A stretch of 64,000 nucleotides of DNA from Aulosira sp. ZfuVER01 (GTDB lineage: Bacteria > Cyanobacteriota > Cyanobacteriia > Cyanobacteriales > Nostocaceae), in assembly GCA_034530615.2 (NCBI GenBank), contig JAVRCV020000041.1, positions 1 to 64,000 of the forward strand, read 5' to 3'. Of this stretch, positions 41,520 through 52,529 are shown in pieces; position 1 is the first letter of the stretch; each line of letters opens with the position of its first letter. The position numbers were made by a program, and so were the translations under genes. The notes below the pieces were generated by a model. The model did no database searches. It saw only the letters and a program-made list of their open reading frames with translations, and was not told where the DNA came from.

Positions 41520-44500
41520 CTATTGACTATTGACTTTCTCTATAGCCTGCAATAATTCATTGATAGTGTAAGGCTTGCTCAAGAATGTATTGATACCTTC
41601 AACTTCGGCAAGCTGACTTGTGGCGTTGATACCACTCATGACAATAATCTTGACCTGCGGATTCATTTGTTGTAGGACGCGGATAGTGGTTAACCCATCC
41701 ATTGATGGCATCATCATATCTAGCAGTACCAGACTAATTTCATCTTGGTGCTGACTATATAATGCGATCGCCTCAATACCGTTACTAGCTGTCAGTGTTC
41801 TGTAGTTATAGTCTTCCAAGGAGGTTTTGATAATCTCTAGGATGGCGGATTCATCATCTACAACGAGAATCATTTCTCCTTTGCCATTGTGTAATTCTAG
41901 AGCTTCTGCTTCCTGGCTTGCCTTTTGGGAACCAGCTGGTAAGTACACATGAAATTGAGTACCTATACTGATCTCGCTAGAGACATAAATAAAACCACCG
42001 TGGTTTTTAATAATGCCAATCACTGTTGACAAACCTAGCCCTGTACCTTTGCCTTGTTCCTTGGTTGTAAAAAATGGATCGAAAATGCGATCTAAGAGAT
42101 GGCGGGGAATACCCATTCCAGTATCCGAGACTGCGATCGCTACATATTGACCCACCTGAGCATCCAAATGCATTTTGGCGTAGGTATCATCAATCAAAAT
42201 ATTTTCTGCTGAAAGAGTGAGAGTACCACCATTAGGCATCGCATCGCGAGCATTTACACAGAGATTCATTAATATCTGATGTATTTGGGTAGCGTCTGCC
42301 AAGACAGTCCAAAGTTTGGTTGTTGGTAAATTCGTATTGATGATAATGGATTTGGGAAATGTGCTTTGAGCAATATGTTTGATTTCTGAGAGCAAATGTT
42401 CTATTTGTAAAGGTAGGCGCTTGCCTTCAGATCCACGGGCAAAGGTAAGAATTTGTTTTACTAAATCAGCACCGCGTTTAGAATTATTTTCGATTATTTT
42501 TAATAATTGTTGATTTTTTGGATCTAGGTTGCTAATTTTCAGCACCAATAATTGAGATGAGGTAAGAATAGGTGTGAGAATATTATTGAGATCGTGAGCA
42601 ATGCCACTAGCAAGAGTGCCGAGGCTTTCTAGGCGCTGGGCACGGAGAAATTGAGCTTCAAGTTGTTTTTTCTCGGTGATATTGGTGTTGACAACTAAGA
42701 TTGATTTGGGATTTCCGGCTTCATCACGTACCAGTGTCCAACGTCCTTCGACAATGATTTCTGCACCATCTTTGGTGACTTGATGCAATTCACCACGCCA
42801 TTCACCTTGCTCAACAACTGTCTTGAGAACTTCTTCAAGTTGTGGCTTAATTTTCTTATACAACAATTCATTGGCATTTTTGCCTACAGCTTCCTCGGCT
42901 GACCAACCATATAAGCACTCAGCTCCCCTGTTCCAGAATAGAATTTCGTGTGATAAATTACGGACTACGATCGCATCGGTAGTAATATCAAGCAACGCAG
43001 CTTGTTCGCGGATTTTCTGTTCTGCTTGTTTGCGCTCGGTGATGTCCATATCTACTCCAAGCATCCGCACGGCTTTGCCAGTTTGGTCATAAAAAACTTG
43101 ACCTTTGCTAGCTGCCCAGCGAATGTTGCTATTGGGCAAAACAATGCGGAATTCAATGTCATAGGTTACTTGCCCTTGGATTGCTTGCATGATTGCATTA
43201 CTAACAAATTCTTGGTCTTGTGGATGAATTTGATTAATGAAGGTTTCATAAGTCCAATCCAAGCTGTCTCCTGCCAAACCAAACATCGCAGGCAAGTTCT
43301 CAGAACCAGTAATTTTGTTGTCGAGAATATTCCAGTCCCAAATCCCTGTTTGGGCAGCTTCCAAGGCTAACTTCAGTTGCGCTTCACTCTTACGTAATGC
43401 CTCTTCTGCCTGCTTGCGCTCAATTAGTTCAGCTTGTATCTGCTGATATAGTTCTGATTGCTGGATGGCAATACTTACTTGGGTTGACAATTGATTCAAG
43501 AAATCTATTTCCCACTGCTGCCACAATCGGGGTGCTGAACATTGGTTAATCACTAACAATCCCCACAAATGGTCTTCTTGCACAATGGGAATTGCCAAGT
43601 TTGCCTTGATCTGAAATTGAGTGAGTAAATCGCAGTGGCATTGAGTGAGACCTGCTGTATAAATATCTGTTACAGCTTGAATGCGCCCATGTTTGTATTC
43701 CTCACCGCCGGTTTCCATAAAATAAGTATCTTCAACTTTGGCATCCAGAGCAGAAGTCCAACCTTCACCAATAGCTTCCACTATTACAGTGCCACTGTAG
43801 TCTGCTTGAAAGCGATAAATAAAAACTCGGTCAGCTTTGAGGAACTGCCGAACTTCAGCCACGGTGGTATTTAAAACCTCATCCAAATTTAAAGAGGCGC
43901 GGATACGCTGGGCAATTACTGTCATCAGTCGCTGCTGTTCTGTATGTTGTTGCAGTGCCAACTCTGTGCGCTTGCGATCGCTAATGTCTCGTAAAATTGA
44001 TAGATGGCGATGAGGCAGAAAGTTAGCTGTCGCTCCATATTCCACATCACGAATCGTACCATCGGGACGTAGGAGGCGAAATTCCCCAGTCTCTCGCTTA
44101 CTTGCTTGAAATTCTTGCCATGCTTTGATGAAATCAAAACCAGGCTCGGCAAATTCTACAATAGTGCGACCTAATATCTCTGTGGTTGATAAGCCAAAAA
44201 GTCGAGCGGCAGCGGGGTTAGCGTCTACATACCTGCCTTGATCGTCTGCAATCACCATAGCGTCATTTGCGCCCTGAAATAATGCTCTTAGTTGCAACTC
44301 GCTAGTTTGGAGTGCAGATTCTGCTTGCTGGCGTTCAGTCAAGTCCATGCCAGTGCCAATGATATATTCCACTGACCCTGATTCATCGCAAATAGCAGTA
44401 TTAGACCAAGCAATCAACCGAAGATTTCCCTGTTTTGTTAACCAATAGTTTTGGTGTTGGTTGGGAAATTGACCTGCTTGGATTTGCCGAAAAACTTTTT

Positions 44501-45794
44501 TGACGGATTCTTTTTCTTCTGGAACTAAAAACACATCCCAAAAAGGCTTTCCCTTGACTTCAGCAAACGAATAGTTGGTGACTGCTTCACAGGTTTGATT
44601 AAAGCGGAGAATTCTTCCTTGGCGATCGAGTACTACGATCAAACAGCCAACTATATTGAGGATGGCTGAAATAAAATCACGCTCCTGCTGGAGATTTGTC
44701 TCTGTTTGCTGGAGTCGAAGAAATGCACGTTCGCGATCGCGGATTTCCTGTTGCAAAAGAGCATTAGCTTGGGTAAGTTCAATTGTGCGTTCCGCTACTC
44801 GTCTTTCTAACTCATTAGAAACTCGGCGTAGCTCGTCTTCTACTTGCTGGCGTTGCCTAACTTCGTTCTGTAATTCCTCGTTGGCTTGTCTTAATTCATC
44901 TGTCTGTTGTTCTACCTGTTGTTGAAGCGCGGCAATTACAGCAGACATTTCCAGACGTTCCAAAACTTGTAGAAAGCTTGTCTGGGTAATAATTCCCAGC
45001 AATTCCCCTTGCTCCCCAGCTACAACCAATCGGCGGACATGGCGACGTTGCATTTCTTCATGGGCAACCAATAGAGAATCTGTGGGACTCAGGCAAAATA
45101 ACGGTGTACTCATCACGTTTTCTACCTGAGTTTGAGCTAAATCTAAACCCAATACCTGAAATTGCAAAATGTCTCGTTCGGTAATAATTCCTATAGGGAT
45201 CAGCAAGTCCAATTGCTCCGGTGCTGCTTCCTCTATCACCACACAACTAACTTGATGTTCAGCCATGAGTCGGGCTACATTCAGCACAGTTGCAGTTCGC
45301 GGCGCATGAACAATCTGCGTAGTCATCAATTCGCTAACATAGCGTAGCTTGAGAAAATTGGCAGGTTGCAGCGCTTGACGAATAGTTGCAGGTGTAATAA
45401 TACCAACCAATTGATCGTTGTCATCCAACACAGGTAGATGGCGAATCTGATGCTGATGTAATAACGACACAACAGTAAAAAGATCCTGAGCATCGGATTG
45501 CTTGAGGGTAATCAGTTGTCGTGTCATTACTTCGGCAATTTTCACCCCAGATAGCTTAATTCCAGAGGCAGTTAGCCTGACTAAATCCCGTTCTGTAAAA
45601 GTTCCTACTACTTGAGACTCCTCAACTACCAAGGTACTACTAGTTCGGTGCTGACTCATCAAGACAATGGCATCGACTACAGAAACATCTGCGGTAACTG
45701 TCAAGGGAGAATAGTATATACAATCATTTAAACTTGGTAAATGAAGGGACTCAGGGTGAAATTCATGATGATTATTTTGTCTTGTGAGTGACAT
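41520..45794 (-). CDS. Hybrid histidine kinase: 4xCBS - coiled coil - PAS-PAS - cyanobacteriochrome GAF - PAS-PAS - HisKA/HATPase - REC
   Basis: CBS TERD motifs; GAF with EDTYF and CH; H-box AHDLNN; NLCVNARDAM; FFTTK..GKGTGLGL; REC LLDMMMP. Confidence 0.9.
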   Translation of the reverse strand: MSLTRQNNHHEFHPESLHLPSLNDCIYYSPLTVTADVSVVDAIVLMSQHRTSSTLVVEESQVVGTFTERDLVRLTASGIKLSGVKIAEVMTRQLITLKQSDAQDLFTVVSLLHQHQIRHLPVLDDNDQLVGIITPATIRQALQPANFLKLRYVSELMTTQIVHAPRTATVLNVARLMAEHQVSCVVIEEAAPEQLDLLIPIGIITERDILQFQVLGLDLAQTQVENVMSTPLFCLSPTDSLLVAHEEMQRRHVRRLVVAGEQGELLGIITQTSFLQVLERLEMSAVIAALQQQVEQQTDELRQANEELQNEVRQRQQVEDELRRVSNELERRVAERTIELTQANALLQQEIRDRERAFLRLQQTETNLQQERDFISAILNIVGCLIVVLDRQGRILRFNQTCEAVTNYSFAEVKGKPFWDVFLVPEEKESVKKVFRQIQAGQFPNQHQNYWLTKQGNLRLIAWSNTAICDESGSVEYIIGTGMDLTERQQAESALQTSELQLRALFQGANDAMVIADDQGRYVDANPAAARLFGLSTTEILGRTIVEFAEPGFDFIKAWQEFQASKRETGEFRLLRPDGTIRDVEYGATANFLPHRHLSILRDISDRKRTELALQQHTEQQRLMTVIAQRIRASLNLDEVLNTTVAEVRQFLKADRVFIYRFQADYSGTVIVEAIGEGWTSALDAKVEDTYFMETGGEEYKHGRIQAVTDIYTAGLTQCHCDLLTQFQIKANLAIPIVQEDHLWGLLVINQCSAPRLWQQWEIDFLNQLSTQVSIAIQQSELYQQIQAELIERKQAEEALRKSEAQLKLALEAAQTGIWDWNILDNKITGSENLPAMFGLAGDSLDWTYETFINQIHPQDQEFVSNAIMQAIQGQVTYDIEFRIVLPNSNIRWAASKGQVFYDQTGKAVRMLGVDMDITERKQAEQKIREQAALLDITTDAIVVRNLSHEILFWNRGAECLYGWSAEEAVGKNANELLYKKIKPQLEEVLKTVVEQGEWRGELHQVTKDGAEIIVEGRWTLVRDEAGNPKSILVVNTNITEKKQLEAQFLRAQRLESLGTLASGIAHDLNNILTPILTSSQLLVLKISNLDPKNQQLLKIIENNSKRGADLVKQILTFARGSEGKRLPLQIEHLLSEIKHIAQSTFPKSIIINTNLPTTKLWTVLADATQIHQILMNLCVNARDAMPNGGTLTLSAENILIDDTYAKMHLDAQVGQYVAIAVSDTGMGIPRHLLDRIFDPFFTTKEQGKGTGLGLSTVIGIIKNHGGFIYVSSEISIGTQFHVYLPAGSQKASQEAEALELHNGKGEMILVVDDESAILEIIKTSLEDYNYRTLTASNGIEAIALYSQHQDEISLVLLDMMMPSMDGLTTIRVLQQMNPQVKIIVMSGINATSQLAEVEGINTFLSKPYTINELLQAIEKVNSQ

Positions 45795-46237
45795 AATCCC
45801 TAATGTGTTGGCTTTGAATGGCTAGCTACAATCCAGTTTTTATAGTTGATGTTTGCTAAATATTACGTGTGCTTACAAAAATTAGCTTTCAAGTATTTCA
45901 GCCATTTTAATGAATGAAAATGAATGGATATATTACCCGACTATGCCAGGATGCATGATTAGACAAGTCTAGAAATGCTTGATTGTTCTTACTTAGTTTT
46001 TATCGATGTCTGTAAACGCTTCTAGAGTATTTAAAAAAGCGTCAAAATGGAAATCTAATTTTATCGATATTTTTTTGTTAAAAAAAATCAGAAAAGTATG
46101 TAATTGTTAATGAAATTAGAATTTTTTTTAACACGCGCTTTTACAGACATCAGTCTATCACCTTCAACAGCAAAACTTGCGTCTATAAGTGTTCGTATTT
46201 GTTAATCAGCTATGGAATTTATACCTATAGGAGAACA

Positions 46238-47536
46238 TCACCATTCTGTTAAGGCGATCGCAATTCCTTGTTGTAAGTCTGGTGTAATTGTGGTGTTATT
46301 TGCTAGCTGTTGCAATTGTTGGTATGCAACTTCTGGTGCTAGGTTTTTGAGTGCAGCGATCGCGTGTAGTCGCACCGATTTATTTGGATCTGCTAGTAGT
46401 TCAATCAATGGTTCAATTGCCAGCATTTGACCTAACTGTCCTAAAGATAGAGCGATCGCACTTTTAATATTGGCAATTTCTGTAGCTGGATGCGGCGATC
46501 TCAGCATTTCCAATAAAATTTCTGTGGCGATGAGTGTTAATTGCGGCTTTTGTACTCTTCCTAAAACGGTGACAATTTCGTGCCACAGTGTTTCTGAGGT
46601 GCTTTGATTCAGTGCTTGTTGGAGATATTCCAAACTAGAAACAGTCTCTAACCAGCTAAGGGAGCGAATGGTTTCTAATTGCAGCTTTATTGATTGATTT
46701 GGTGAAATTAGTACTTCAAATAAGTACTTAGCAGCATTTTCTCCACCCATTCGTGCCAAAGCAACTGCTGCTGCACAAGCAACGTCTTCACTCAAGTCAT
46801 AAAGTCTGGGTTGGAGTTGTGCCACCAAATCTAAGGTTTCGCATAAATCAGAGCGAAAACCTAAACCTTGGACTGCGGCTAGCCTTACTGGGGTAGCGAA
46901 ATCATCTAAAGCCTTGACTAATAACGGGGGTACACGTTCATCGTGAAAACTACTGAGGGTTGCAATCGCTGCGGCCCTGACTGTGGCTTGGGGATCTTGT
47001 ACCACATTCAATAGAGGTGGAATGGTTTCTGTACGTCGGATGTAAGAGAGCGATCGCACTGCCAAAAGCCGTGTATCATCATCGCTTAAAAGTTCAGCAA
47101 GCGCTGCGATCGCCAGAGTATCCATTTCTCCTAATGCAGTTGCAGCCATCGCTTTAAGTTCTTGGCTGTCGCTACTTTTTAACAATTGCACTAAAGGAGC
47201 GATCGTATCTGGGTGCTTAAATTCTGACAATATTCGCGCTGCATACCAGCGAACTTCTTCCTCCGCGTCTTCATCTTCTAAGATTTCAATTAAGGGAGGA
47301 ATCGCAATATTTCCCAGTTGGATGAAAATCTTCGTAATTTCCCAGCGTTGCTGAAAATCCCCAAATTCTAAAATCGAGAGTGCTAATTCCAGCATTTGCT
47401 CTCGATGTTTAACTATATCCGGATTTGTAGAGTCTTTTTTCAGAATCAACTTTTGTAAATATTGAATCAGCAATGACCAATCAGCCGCATCATGTGCTAC
47501 CTGTGCTTGCACCAAAAGCTGGTTGATGTTATTCAC
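46238..47536 (-). CDS. nirB: NirB, HEAT-repeat (CpcE-like) nitrite reductase accessory protein
   Basis: PBS-lyase HEAT repeats; location between ntcB and the Rieske gene/nirA as in Anabaena. Confidence 0.82.
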   Translation of the reverse strand: MNNINQLLVQAQVAHDAADWSLLIQYLQKLILKKDSTNPDIVKHREQMLELALSILEFGDFQQRWEITKIFIQLGNIAIPPLIEILEDEDAEEEVRWYAARILSEFKHPDTIAPLVQLLKSSDSQELKAMAATALGEMDTLAIAALAELLSDDDTRLLAVRSLSYIRRTETIPPLLNVVQDPQATVRAAAIATLSSFHDERVPPLLVKALDDFATPVRLAAVQGLGFRSDLCETLDLVAQLQPRLYDLSEDVACAAAVALARMGGENAAKYLFEVLISPNQSIKLQLETIRSLSWLETVSSLEYLQQALNQSTSETLWHEIVTVLGRVQKPQLTLIATEILLEMLRSPHPATEIANIKSAIALSLGQLGQMLAIEPLIELLADPNKSVRLHAIAALKNLAPEVAYQQLQQLANNTTITPDLQQGIAIALTEW

Positions 47537-47703
47537 GATCCTGAGAAACCCCTACACTGCTAATTTGAATCTTCTCATAGCCTACTGATTCATCGCAAAA
47601 ATTTTGATAAGTTCGTAGTGAGTAAGCACTTCAGTACTTAAAATTCCACGACTAAAGTCCTGACTACGAATTCCTTCTGCCCTCTGCCGTCTGCCTTCTT
47701 GCA

Positions 47704-48135
47704 CTAGCTTTGCTTCACCACTACAGAATCGCCCTCAATTTTAGCAGTATAAGTTTTCAGCGGTTTCTTGGCTGGGCCTTTTAGCACCTTACCATCAGCC
47801 CCATATTCAGAGCCATGACAGGGACAAGCAAATTTTTTAGCTTCGTCTTTCCATGCTACCGTGCAGCCTTTATGAGTACAGGTAGGGTCAACAGCAATCA
47901 GATTTTCCGATTTAGATTTACCCACTACCAATACCGGCCCAACAGGTGAGTCATTGGTAATTAACTGACCAGTCTTATCTAATTCTGCTGAAGTACCTAC
48001 CTTTTGCCAGCCTCCAGATGCAGAAGATGTTGGTGTTGGTGTCGTTGTCTGGGAAGAACAAGCAGCAATTGCTATCGGTAGAGAACTTGCTATCCAGCCT
48101 AAACCTACCCAACTGATGAAGTCACGACGTTTCAT
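47704..48135 (-). CDS. Small Tat/lipoprotein Rieske [2Fe-2S] protein (PetC3-like)
   Basis: RRDF signal with lipobox-like AAC; CTHKGC and CPCHGS motifs. Confidence 0.9.
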   Translation of the reverse strand: MKRRDFISWVGLGWIASSLPIAIAACSSQTTTPTPTSSASGGWQKVGTSAELDKTGQLITNDSPVGPVLVVGKSKSENLIAVDPTCTHKGCTVAWKDEAKKFACPCHGSEYGADGKVLKGPAKKPLKTYTAKIEGDSVVVKQS

Positions 48136-48223
48136 AGGCTACTTTATCTCAAATGGCTTTGACGTTTGGATTAATGGCGATCGCTTTTCTCAAGGGCTGC
48201 GTGTCACTTCAGAAACACATATT

Positions 48224-48317
48224 ATGCAGAAAATGCATCATATAGATACATTTTTGGCCAGTAACCTAAAATTTCGTAGCGATTTATACGATTTTAGCGA
48301 AAATCCGCCTTTAACCT
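48224..48317 (+). promoter_or_regulatory. nirA operon promoter: NtcB box, NtcA box and -10
   Basis: ATGC-N7-GCAT (48224-48238); GTAGCGATTTATAC (48276-48289); 22 nt; TAACCT (48312-48317). Confidence 0.9.
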
Positions 48318-48544
48318 TAATAGTATGTAAATCGTTACACTTTCAGTACCAGAACAGCTATTACACCTTTTCCAAATGGATACACGGAAATATTTTTCCT
48401 GAAGCAATAATTTCAGTACCAAATATACATTATGAATGCATTTGCCCTAGTAGACAAAAGAAACGATCGACTACGGGTTAATTGATATTGGGCAATAACT
48501 CTAGAGGTTCTTCGGGATTAAAAATTTGCAATGAGAGTCAGCTC

Positions 48545-50116
48545 ATGACAGACACAGCAACTACCACTACAGCCAGCCTCAACAAGTTCGAGAAATTCAA
48601 GGCAGAAAAAGATGGACTTGCCATTAAGGGGGAAATCGAAAAATTTGCCTCTCTAGGCTGGGAAGCAATGGATGACACAGACCGCGATCATCGACTTAAG
48701 TGGGTGGGCGTATTTTTTCGCCCAGTCACCCCTGGTAAGTTTATGATGCGGATGCGAATACCAAACGGTATTCTCACCAGTGCCCAGATGCGTGCTTTCG
48801 CAGAAGTGGTGCAGCGTTACGGTGATGATGGCAGCGCCGATATTACGACCAGGCAAAATATCCAACTGCGAGGAATCGCGATTGAAGACTTGCCAGATAT
48901 CTTTAATAGATTTGAGGCAGTGGGTTTAACCACCATCCAATCAGGGATGGACAACATCCGCAATATCACAGGCGACCCGGTGGCGGGGTTGGATGCAGAT
49001 GAGTTGTTTGATACACGAGAGTTGGTACAACAAATTCAAGATATGTTGACCAACAAAGGCCAAGGGAACTCGGAGTTTACCAACCTACCGCGCAAATTTA
49101 ATATTGCAATTACTGGTGGAAGGGATAATTCAGTTCATGCCGAAATCAACGATTTAGCCTTTGTGCCAGCTTTTAAGGATGCAGATACCTCATCGCCCAA
49201 ATTTGGGTTTAACATCCTCGTTGGTGGTTTCTTCTCAGCCAAACGTTGTGAAGCGGCGATCCCCTTGAATGCATGGGTAGCTCCCGAAGATGTGGTAGCT
49301 GTGTGTAGAGCGATCGTGGAAGTGTTTCGCGACAATGGCTTACGGGCCAATCGCCAAAAAGCTCGCTTGATGTGGTTGATTGACGAGTGGGGTCTAGAAA
49401 AATTCCGCTTGGAAGTGGAAAAGCGTTTGGGTAAGTCATTTTTACCCGCAGCAGCAAAAGATGAAATCGACTGGGAAAAACGCGACCACATCGGTGTATA
49501 CAAACAAAAACAACCGGGATTAAACTACGTAGGTTTACATATCCCTGTGGGTCGGTTGTATGCGGGAGATATGTTTGAAATTGCCCGTTTAGCAGAGGTT
49601 TACGGCAGTGGAGAAATCCGGCTAACGGTCGAGCAGAACATCATTATCCCCAATATTTCTGATTCGCGTTTAGTCACATTTTTAACTGAACCTTTATTAG
49701 AAAGGTTTACTGTAGATCCTGGTTTACTAACGCGATCGCTCGTTTCTTGCACAGGCGCACAGTTCTGCAACTTTGCCCTGATCGAAACCAAAAACCGTGC
49801 TTTGGCAACGATTCAAGCCTTGGAATCAGAGTTAATCCTCACTCGTCCTGTACGCATTCATTGGACTGGTTGCCCTAACTCCTGCGGACAGCCACAAGTT
49901 GCAGACATCGGCTTAATGGGAACGAAAACCCGCAAGAACGGCAAAACCTTAGAAGGGGTGGACATCTACATGGGCGGTAAAGTCGGCAAAGATGCACATT
50001 TGGGAACTTGCGTCACCAAAGGCATACCCTGCGAAGACTTGCACCCAGTATTACAAAATTTACTCATCCAACACTTTGGCGCAAAGCTTAAGCAAGAAGC
50101 CTTAGTTACTCATTAG
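48545..50116 (+). CDS. nirA: Ferredoxin-nitrite reductase
   Basis: TTRQNIQ, LPRKF, CTGAQFC and GCPNSC siroheme/4Fe-4S ligands; ATG 48545. Confidence 0.97.
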   Translation: MTDTATTTTASLNKFEKFKAEKDGLAIKGEIEKFASLGWEAMDDTDRDHRLKWVGVFFRPVTPGKFMMRMRIPNGILTSAQMRAFAEVVQRYGDDGSADITTRQNIQLRGIAIEDLPDIFNRFEAVGLTTIQSGMDNIRNITGDPVAGLDADELFDTRELVQQIQDMLTNKGQGNSEFTNLPRKFNIAITGGRDNSVHAEINDLAFVPAFKDADTSSPKFGFNILVGGFFSAKRCEAAIPLNAWVAPEDVVAVCRAIVEVFRDNGLRANRQKARLMWLIDEWGLEKFRLEVEKRLGKSFLPAAAKDEIDWEKRDHIGVYKQKQPGLNYVGLHIPVGRLYAGDMFEIARLAEVYGSGEIRLTVEQNIIIPNISDSRLVTFLTEPLLERFTVDPGLLTRSLVSCTGAQFCNFALIETKNRALATIQALESELILTRPVRIHWTGCPNSCGQPQVADIGLMGTKTRKNGKTLEGVDIYMGGKVGKDAHLGTCVTKGIPCEDLHPVLQNLLIQHFGAKLKQEALVTH

Positions 50117-50220
50117 ATGAGTGTAGGGGTTTAGCAATGCTAAACCCGTATTGACTATTTCGGTGAGTGGATAAAAAGCAACAACCAATAACTGCGTAAC
50201 CAAAAACTAACAAAGGAACA

Positions 50221-51546
50221 ATGAAAGATCTTTCACGTAGAAAATTTATTTTCACCACTACTGCTGCGGCTGCTGCTTCTATCTTGGCTCATGGTTGCGC
50301 TTCTAGTAATTCCAATTCCGCTACAACAGGTGAACAAGCACCCTCGGCTGCGCCAGCTGCAAATGTCTCTACAGCAGCTAACGCACCCAAAGTTGAAACT
50401 ACCAAAGCCAAGCTAGGATTTATCGCACTCACTGACTCTGCACCCCTCATCATTGCTAAAGAAAAGGGCTTCTTTGCCAAGTACGGCATGAAAGATGTCG
50501 AGGTGATCAAGCAGAAATCTTGGCCTGTCACCCGTGACAACCTAAAAATAGGCTCGGCTGGCGGTGGTATTGATGGCGCACACATCCTCAGCCCTATGCC
50601 TTACCTGATGACGATTAACGATAAAGTGCCAATGTATCTCTTGGCGCGGTTAAATACCAACGGTCAAGCTATCTCTGTAGCTAATAAGTTGAAAGACCTA
50701 AAAGTTGGTTTAGAAAGTAAGGGGTTGAAAGAGGCTGCTGAAAAAGCCAAAGCTGATAAAAAATCTATGAAAGTGGCAATGACTTTCCCCGGTGGTACTC
50801 ACGATTTATGGATGCGTTATTGGCTAGCAGCTGGCGGGATCAATCCTGACCAAGATGTGGTTTTGGAACCTGTACCACCCCCACAAATGGTGGCAAATAT
50901 GAAAGTTGGCACAGTCGATGCCTTTTGTGTGGGAGAACCTTGGAATGCCCAATTAGTCAGCCAAAAATTAGGTTATTCAGCCCTAGTGACAGGCGAGTTG
51001 TGGAAAGACCATCCAGAAAAAGCCTTTGCTATGCGTAAAGACTGGGTTGATCAAAACCCCAATGCGGCACAGGCGCTATTAATGGCAGTTCTAGAGGCGC
51101 AACAGTGGTGCGATAAACCAGAAAACAAAGAGGAGATGTGCAAAATCTGCTCTGACCGCAAATACTTTAACGTTGCTGCCGCAGATATTCTAGAAAGGTC
51201 TAAGGGTAATATTGACTTCGGTGATGGACGCAAGCAACAAAACTTCGCTAATAAGATGAAGTACTGGGCTGATAATGCTTCCTATCCTTATAAGAGCCAC
51301 GATACTTGGTTTTTAACTGAAGAAATTCGCTGGGGCTATCTGCCAAAAGATACCAAAGTTAAAGAAATAGTTGACCAGGTAAACAAAGAAGATTTGTGGA
51401 AGAAAGCAGCGAAAGCTCTTGGCGTACCTGATTCAGAAATTCCTACTAGTACTTCTCGTGGAGTTGAGACTTTCTTTGATGGTGTCAAGTTTGATCCTGA
51501 AAAACCAGAAGAATATCTCAATAGTTTGAAAATTAAAAAAGTTTAA
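50221..51546 (+). CDS. nrtA: Nitrate/nitrite ABC transporter substrate-binding lipoprotein
   Basis: SRRKF signal, LGFIALTD, TFPGGTHD, VGEPW, HPEK. Confidence 0.93.
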   Translation: MKDLSRRKFIFTTTAAAAASILAHGCASSNSNSATTGEQAPSAAPAANVSTAANAPKVETTKAKLGFIALTDSAPLIIAKEKGFFAKYGMKDVEVIKQKSWPVTRDNLKIGSAGGGIDGAHILSPMPYLMTINDKVPMYLLARLNTNGQAISVANKLKDLKVGLESKGLKEAAEKAKADKKSMKVAMTFPGGTHDLWMRYWLAAGGINPDQDVVLEPVPPPQMVANMKVGTVDAFCVGEPWNAQLVSQKLGYSALVTGELWKDHPEKAFAMRKDWVDQNPNAAQALLMAVLEAQQWCDKPENKEEMCKICSDRKYFNVAAADILERSKGNIDFGDGRKQQNFANKMKYWADNASYPYKSHDTWFLTEEIRWGYLPKDTKVKEIVDQVNKEDLWKKAAKALGVPDSEIPTSTSRGVETFFDGVKFDPEKPEEYLNSLKIKKV

Positions 51547-51603
51547 GAATGGCTGCGATCGCTTCTTTTTAATTAACTACACTACAACAGGAGAAAGAAG
51601 AAC

Positions 51604-52443
51604 ATGACAGCTATTGCGGGAAGTCGTATTCGTAGAAGCAAGTCGCAAAAGGCTCTCAATAAATTTTTCTGGAAAAAAATTGTTCCCCCAATAGTAGCAT
51701 TAGCTATTTTTCTGGTAATTTGGCAATTACTTTGTTTAAATCCCAACTTTAAGTTACCCGGGCCAATCGAAACATTTTCCGAAACTTGGGACCCTTTTAT
51801 AATTCATCCATTTTTTGATAATGGCGAAAGTGATAAAGGTTTAGGCTGGCAAATTCTCAGTAGTTTAGGAAGAGTTGGGTTAGGCTTCTCGCTCGCAACA
51901 GTTGTAGGAATTGCCTTAGGAATCCTCATTGGTGCGAACCAATTTGTTTATAATGCTGTCGATCCCATCTTTCAAGTATTACGAACTGTACCGCCTCTAG
52001 CGTGGCTACCTATTTCACTAGCAGCATTTCAACAAGCTAATCCCTCAGCGATTTTCGTAATTTTCATTACATCAATTTGGCCGATTATTATTAACACCAC
52101 AGTCGGCGTACAACAAATTCCTCAAGACTACATTAATGTGGCTAGGGTGTTACGTCTTAAAGGCGCAAAGTATTTCTTTAAAATTGTGTTTCCTGCCACT
52201 GTTCCTTATATATTCACAGGGTTACGCATTGGCATTGGTTTATCGTGGTTAGCAATTGTCGCCGCAGAAATGTTAGTAGGTGGCGTGGGTATTGGTTCCT
52301 TTATTTGGGATGCCTACAACACAACCACAGACACCAATTTGAGCGAGATTATTTTAGCTCTCATCTACGTTGGTTTGGTTGGCTTACTGCTAGATAGATG
52401 TGTGGGTTTTATCGCTAGCAAAGTTGTAGCAGAACAGAAGTAG
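51604..52443 (+). CDS. nrtB: Nitrate ABC transporter permease
   Basis: LRTVPPLAWLP, AIVAAEM. Confidence 0.95.
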   Translation: MTAIAGSRIRRSKSQKALNKFFWKKIVPPIVALAIFLVIWQLLCLNPNFKLPGPIETFSETWDPFIIHPFFDNGESDKGLGWQILSSLGRVGLGFSLATVVGIALGILIGANQFVYNAVDPIFQVLRTVPPLAWLPISLAAFQQANPSAIFVIFITSIWPIIINTTVGVQQIPQDYINVARVLRLKGAKYFFKIVFPATVPYIFTGLRIGIGLSWLAIVAAEMLVGGVGIGSFIWDAYNTTTDTNLSEIILALIYVGLVGLLLDRCVGFIASKVVAEQK

Positions 52444-52529
52444 TCAAAAGTCAAAAGTCAAGAGTCCAAAAGTCCAAAGTAGATGATTGACTCTTGGCCA
52501 ATAACCAATTACGAATTACGAATTAACCA

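Noticed and set aside
48116..48481. 121-aa ORF upstream of nirA
   Set aside because: Spans the NtcB/NtcA promoter and leader and has no protein features
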